A DNA stretch of 64,000 nt from an uncultured Lachnospiraceae bacterium (GTDB taxonomy: Bacteria; Bacillota; Clostridia; Oscillospirales; CAG-272): assembly GCA_964570825.1 (NCBI GenBank), contig CAZMZJ010000006.1, positions 70,202 to 134,201 of the forward strand, written 5' to 3'. The stretch's first letter is position 1. The number at the start of each line of letters is the position of its first letter. Shown in pieces: positions 62,959 through 64,000 of the stretch. Made by a program: the position numbers and the translations under genes. The notes under the pieces were generated by a model. The model was not told the origin of the DNA. It saw nothing but the letters and a program-made list of their open reading frames with translations, and ran no database searches.

Positions 62959-64000
62959 ATGAAGGATATTATAAACATTCTTGATCTCACGACAGAGGAG
63001 ATAGACGAGCTTATAAACACGGCCGAGGATATTCGCATGCACCCGGGAAGATACTCCGAGACCTGCCGCGGCAAGACGCTGGCCACGCTTTTCTTTGAAC
63101 CGTCGACCCGCACGCGCCTTTCTTTTGAGGCGGCGATGTACGGACTCGGCGGCAACTGCCTCGGCTTTTCGCAGGAGGGATCAAGCTCGGTATCAAAGGG
63201 AGAGAGCATCTCCGACACGGCGAGAATTGTCAGCATATACTCGGATATTATTGTAATGCGCCACTACACCGAGGGCGCGCCCTGCGCTGCCGGACTTGCG
63301 GCTACAGTGCCGGTAATCAACGCCGGCGACGGAGGGCATTATCACCCGACGCAGACTCTTGCCGACCTTTGCACAATCCGCCATGAGCTTGGAAGGTTTG
63401 ACGGGCTGACGATCGGAATATGCGGCGACCTCAAGTACGGGCGCACCGTTCACTCGCTGATCGCGGCCATGTCGCGTTACAGCAACGTGCGCTTTGTGCT
63501 TATCTCGCCGGCTTCACTTGCCCTTCCGGAGTATGTGAAACGCGAAACGCTCGGCGGCAAAGGCGCATCTTTCATTGAAACGACATCCCTTGACGAACAC
63601 ATGGGGGAGCTTGACATACTGTATATGACGCGCATCCAGAAGGAGCGCTTCAGCGAGAGTGAAAGAGCAAATTCGGGCACTTACGATAAATATATACTTA
63701 CTCCCGAAAAGCTCTGCGCGGCGAAAAAAGGCATGCGTGTGCTGCATCCGCTGCCGCGCGTGGACGAAATCTCGGTGTCTGTCGATTCCGACCCGAGGGC
63801 GAAGTACTTTGAGCAGGCCGAGAACGGCAAGTATATCCGCATGGCGCTGATTCTGAAGCTGCTTGCTGACAGATCGCCGAAAAAGGCGCCCGTGTGCGGA
63901 AGGTTCGACGGGAAGAAATGCAGCAATCCAAGGTGCATATCTGTAACCGAACCGACTCTTGCGCAGCGCATATTCAACGGCTCGGACGGAAGTCTGCGCT
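62959..64000 (+). CDS. pyrB: aspartate carbamoyltransferase catalytic chain with a fused PyrI-like zinc domain; 3' end outside the window
   Basis: The ATG is at 62959, and I translated the frame by hand with no stop to 64000. ATCase motifs FFEPSTRTRLSFE, HPTQ and HPLPR are present. After the usual C-terminus (YIRMALILKLL) the frame continues into VCGRFDGKKCSNPRCISVTEPT. Confidence 0.85.
   Translation, partial: MKDIINILDLTTEEIDELINTAEDIRMHPGRYSETCRGKTLATLFFEPSTRTRLSFEAAMYGLGGNCLGFSQEGSSSVSKGESISDTARIVSIYSDIIVMRHYTEGAPCAAGLAATVPVINAGDGGHYHPTQTLADLCTIRHELGRFDGLTIGICGDLKYGRTVHSLIAAMSRYSNVRFVLISPASLALPEYVKRETLGGKGASFIETTSLDEHMGELDILYMTRIQKERFSESERANSGTYDKYILTPEKLCAAKKGMRVLHPLPRVDEISVSVDSDPRAKYFEQAENGKYIRMALILKLLADRSPKKAPVCGRFDGKKCSNPRCISVTEPTLAQRIFNGSDGSLR

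Overview
This is a 64-kb chromosomal segment of a moderately GC-rich (roughly mid-50s % by eye) Firmicutes/Clostridia-type genome. The taxonomic guess is an inference from gene content: holB-yaaT(ricT), an FtsW/RodA/SpoVE-family gene, a LysM+GH18 cortex-lytic-like enzyme, PerR-rubrerythrin, a 2x[4Fe-4S] ferredoxin, and the block nusB-xseA-xseB-ispA-tlyA-nadK-argR-recN. Most of the window is housekeeping: dispersed glycolysis genes (gpmI, gap, eno, ldh), aminoacyl-tRNA synthetases (proS, argS, plus ybaK), a pyrimidine operon (pyrC-pyrK-pyrD-pyrF-pyrE-pyrB, running off the 3' edge), nrdR, yebC, one tRNA-Arg(ACG), envelope enzymes (TagA-like, M23, SGNH, phosphodiester glycosidase, PHP+LTD lipoprotein) and several small or uncharacterised membrane proteins. 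I saw no rRNA, CRISPR array, integrase or transposase. The stand-out accessory element is a minus-strand three-gene operon at about 52.7-58.4 kb, sitting between nrdR and the pyr operon. It encodes a TerB-N/TerB-C protein, a DUF2791/BrxD-type P-loop ATPase and an Lhr-like DExH helicase, which is the architecture of the poorly understood Shango-type anti-phage / DNA-processing module. Its first gene has an unresolved start-codon or frameshift anomaly. Secondary curiosities are: an uncharacterised propeller + membrane coiled-coil + zinc-ribbon operon at the 5' edge; a PTS EIIA-Glc homologue lacking both catalytic histidines; a Gly/Trp-repeat membrane protein encoded by perfect 15-nt tandem repeats; a PyrB fused to a PyrI-like zinc domain; a DUF5685-like / Cys-rich J-domain / membrane gene triad; and several repeated operator-like motifs in intergenic regions. 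All family assignments come from reading the translated ORFs and recalling motifs. No database search was run.
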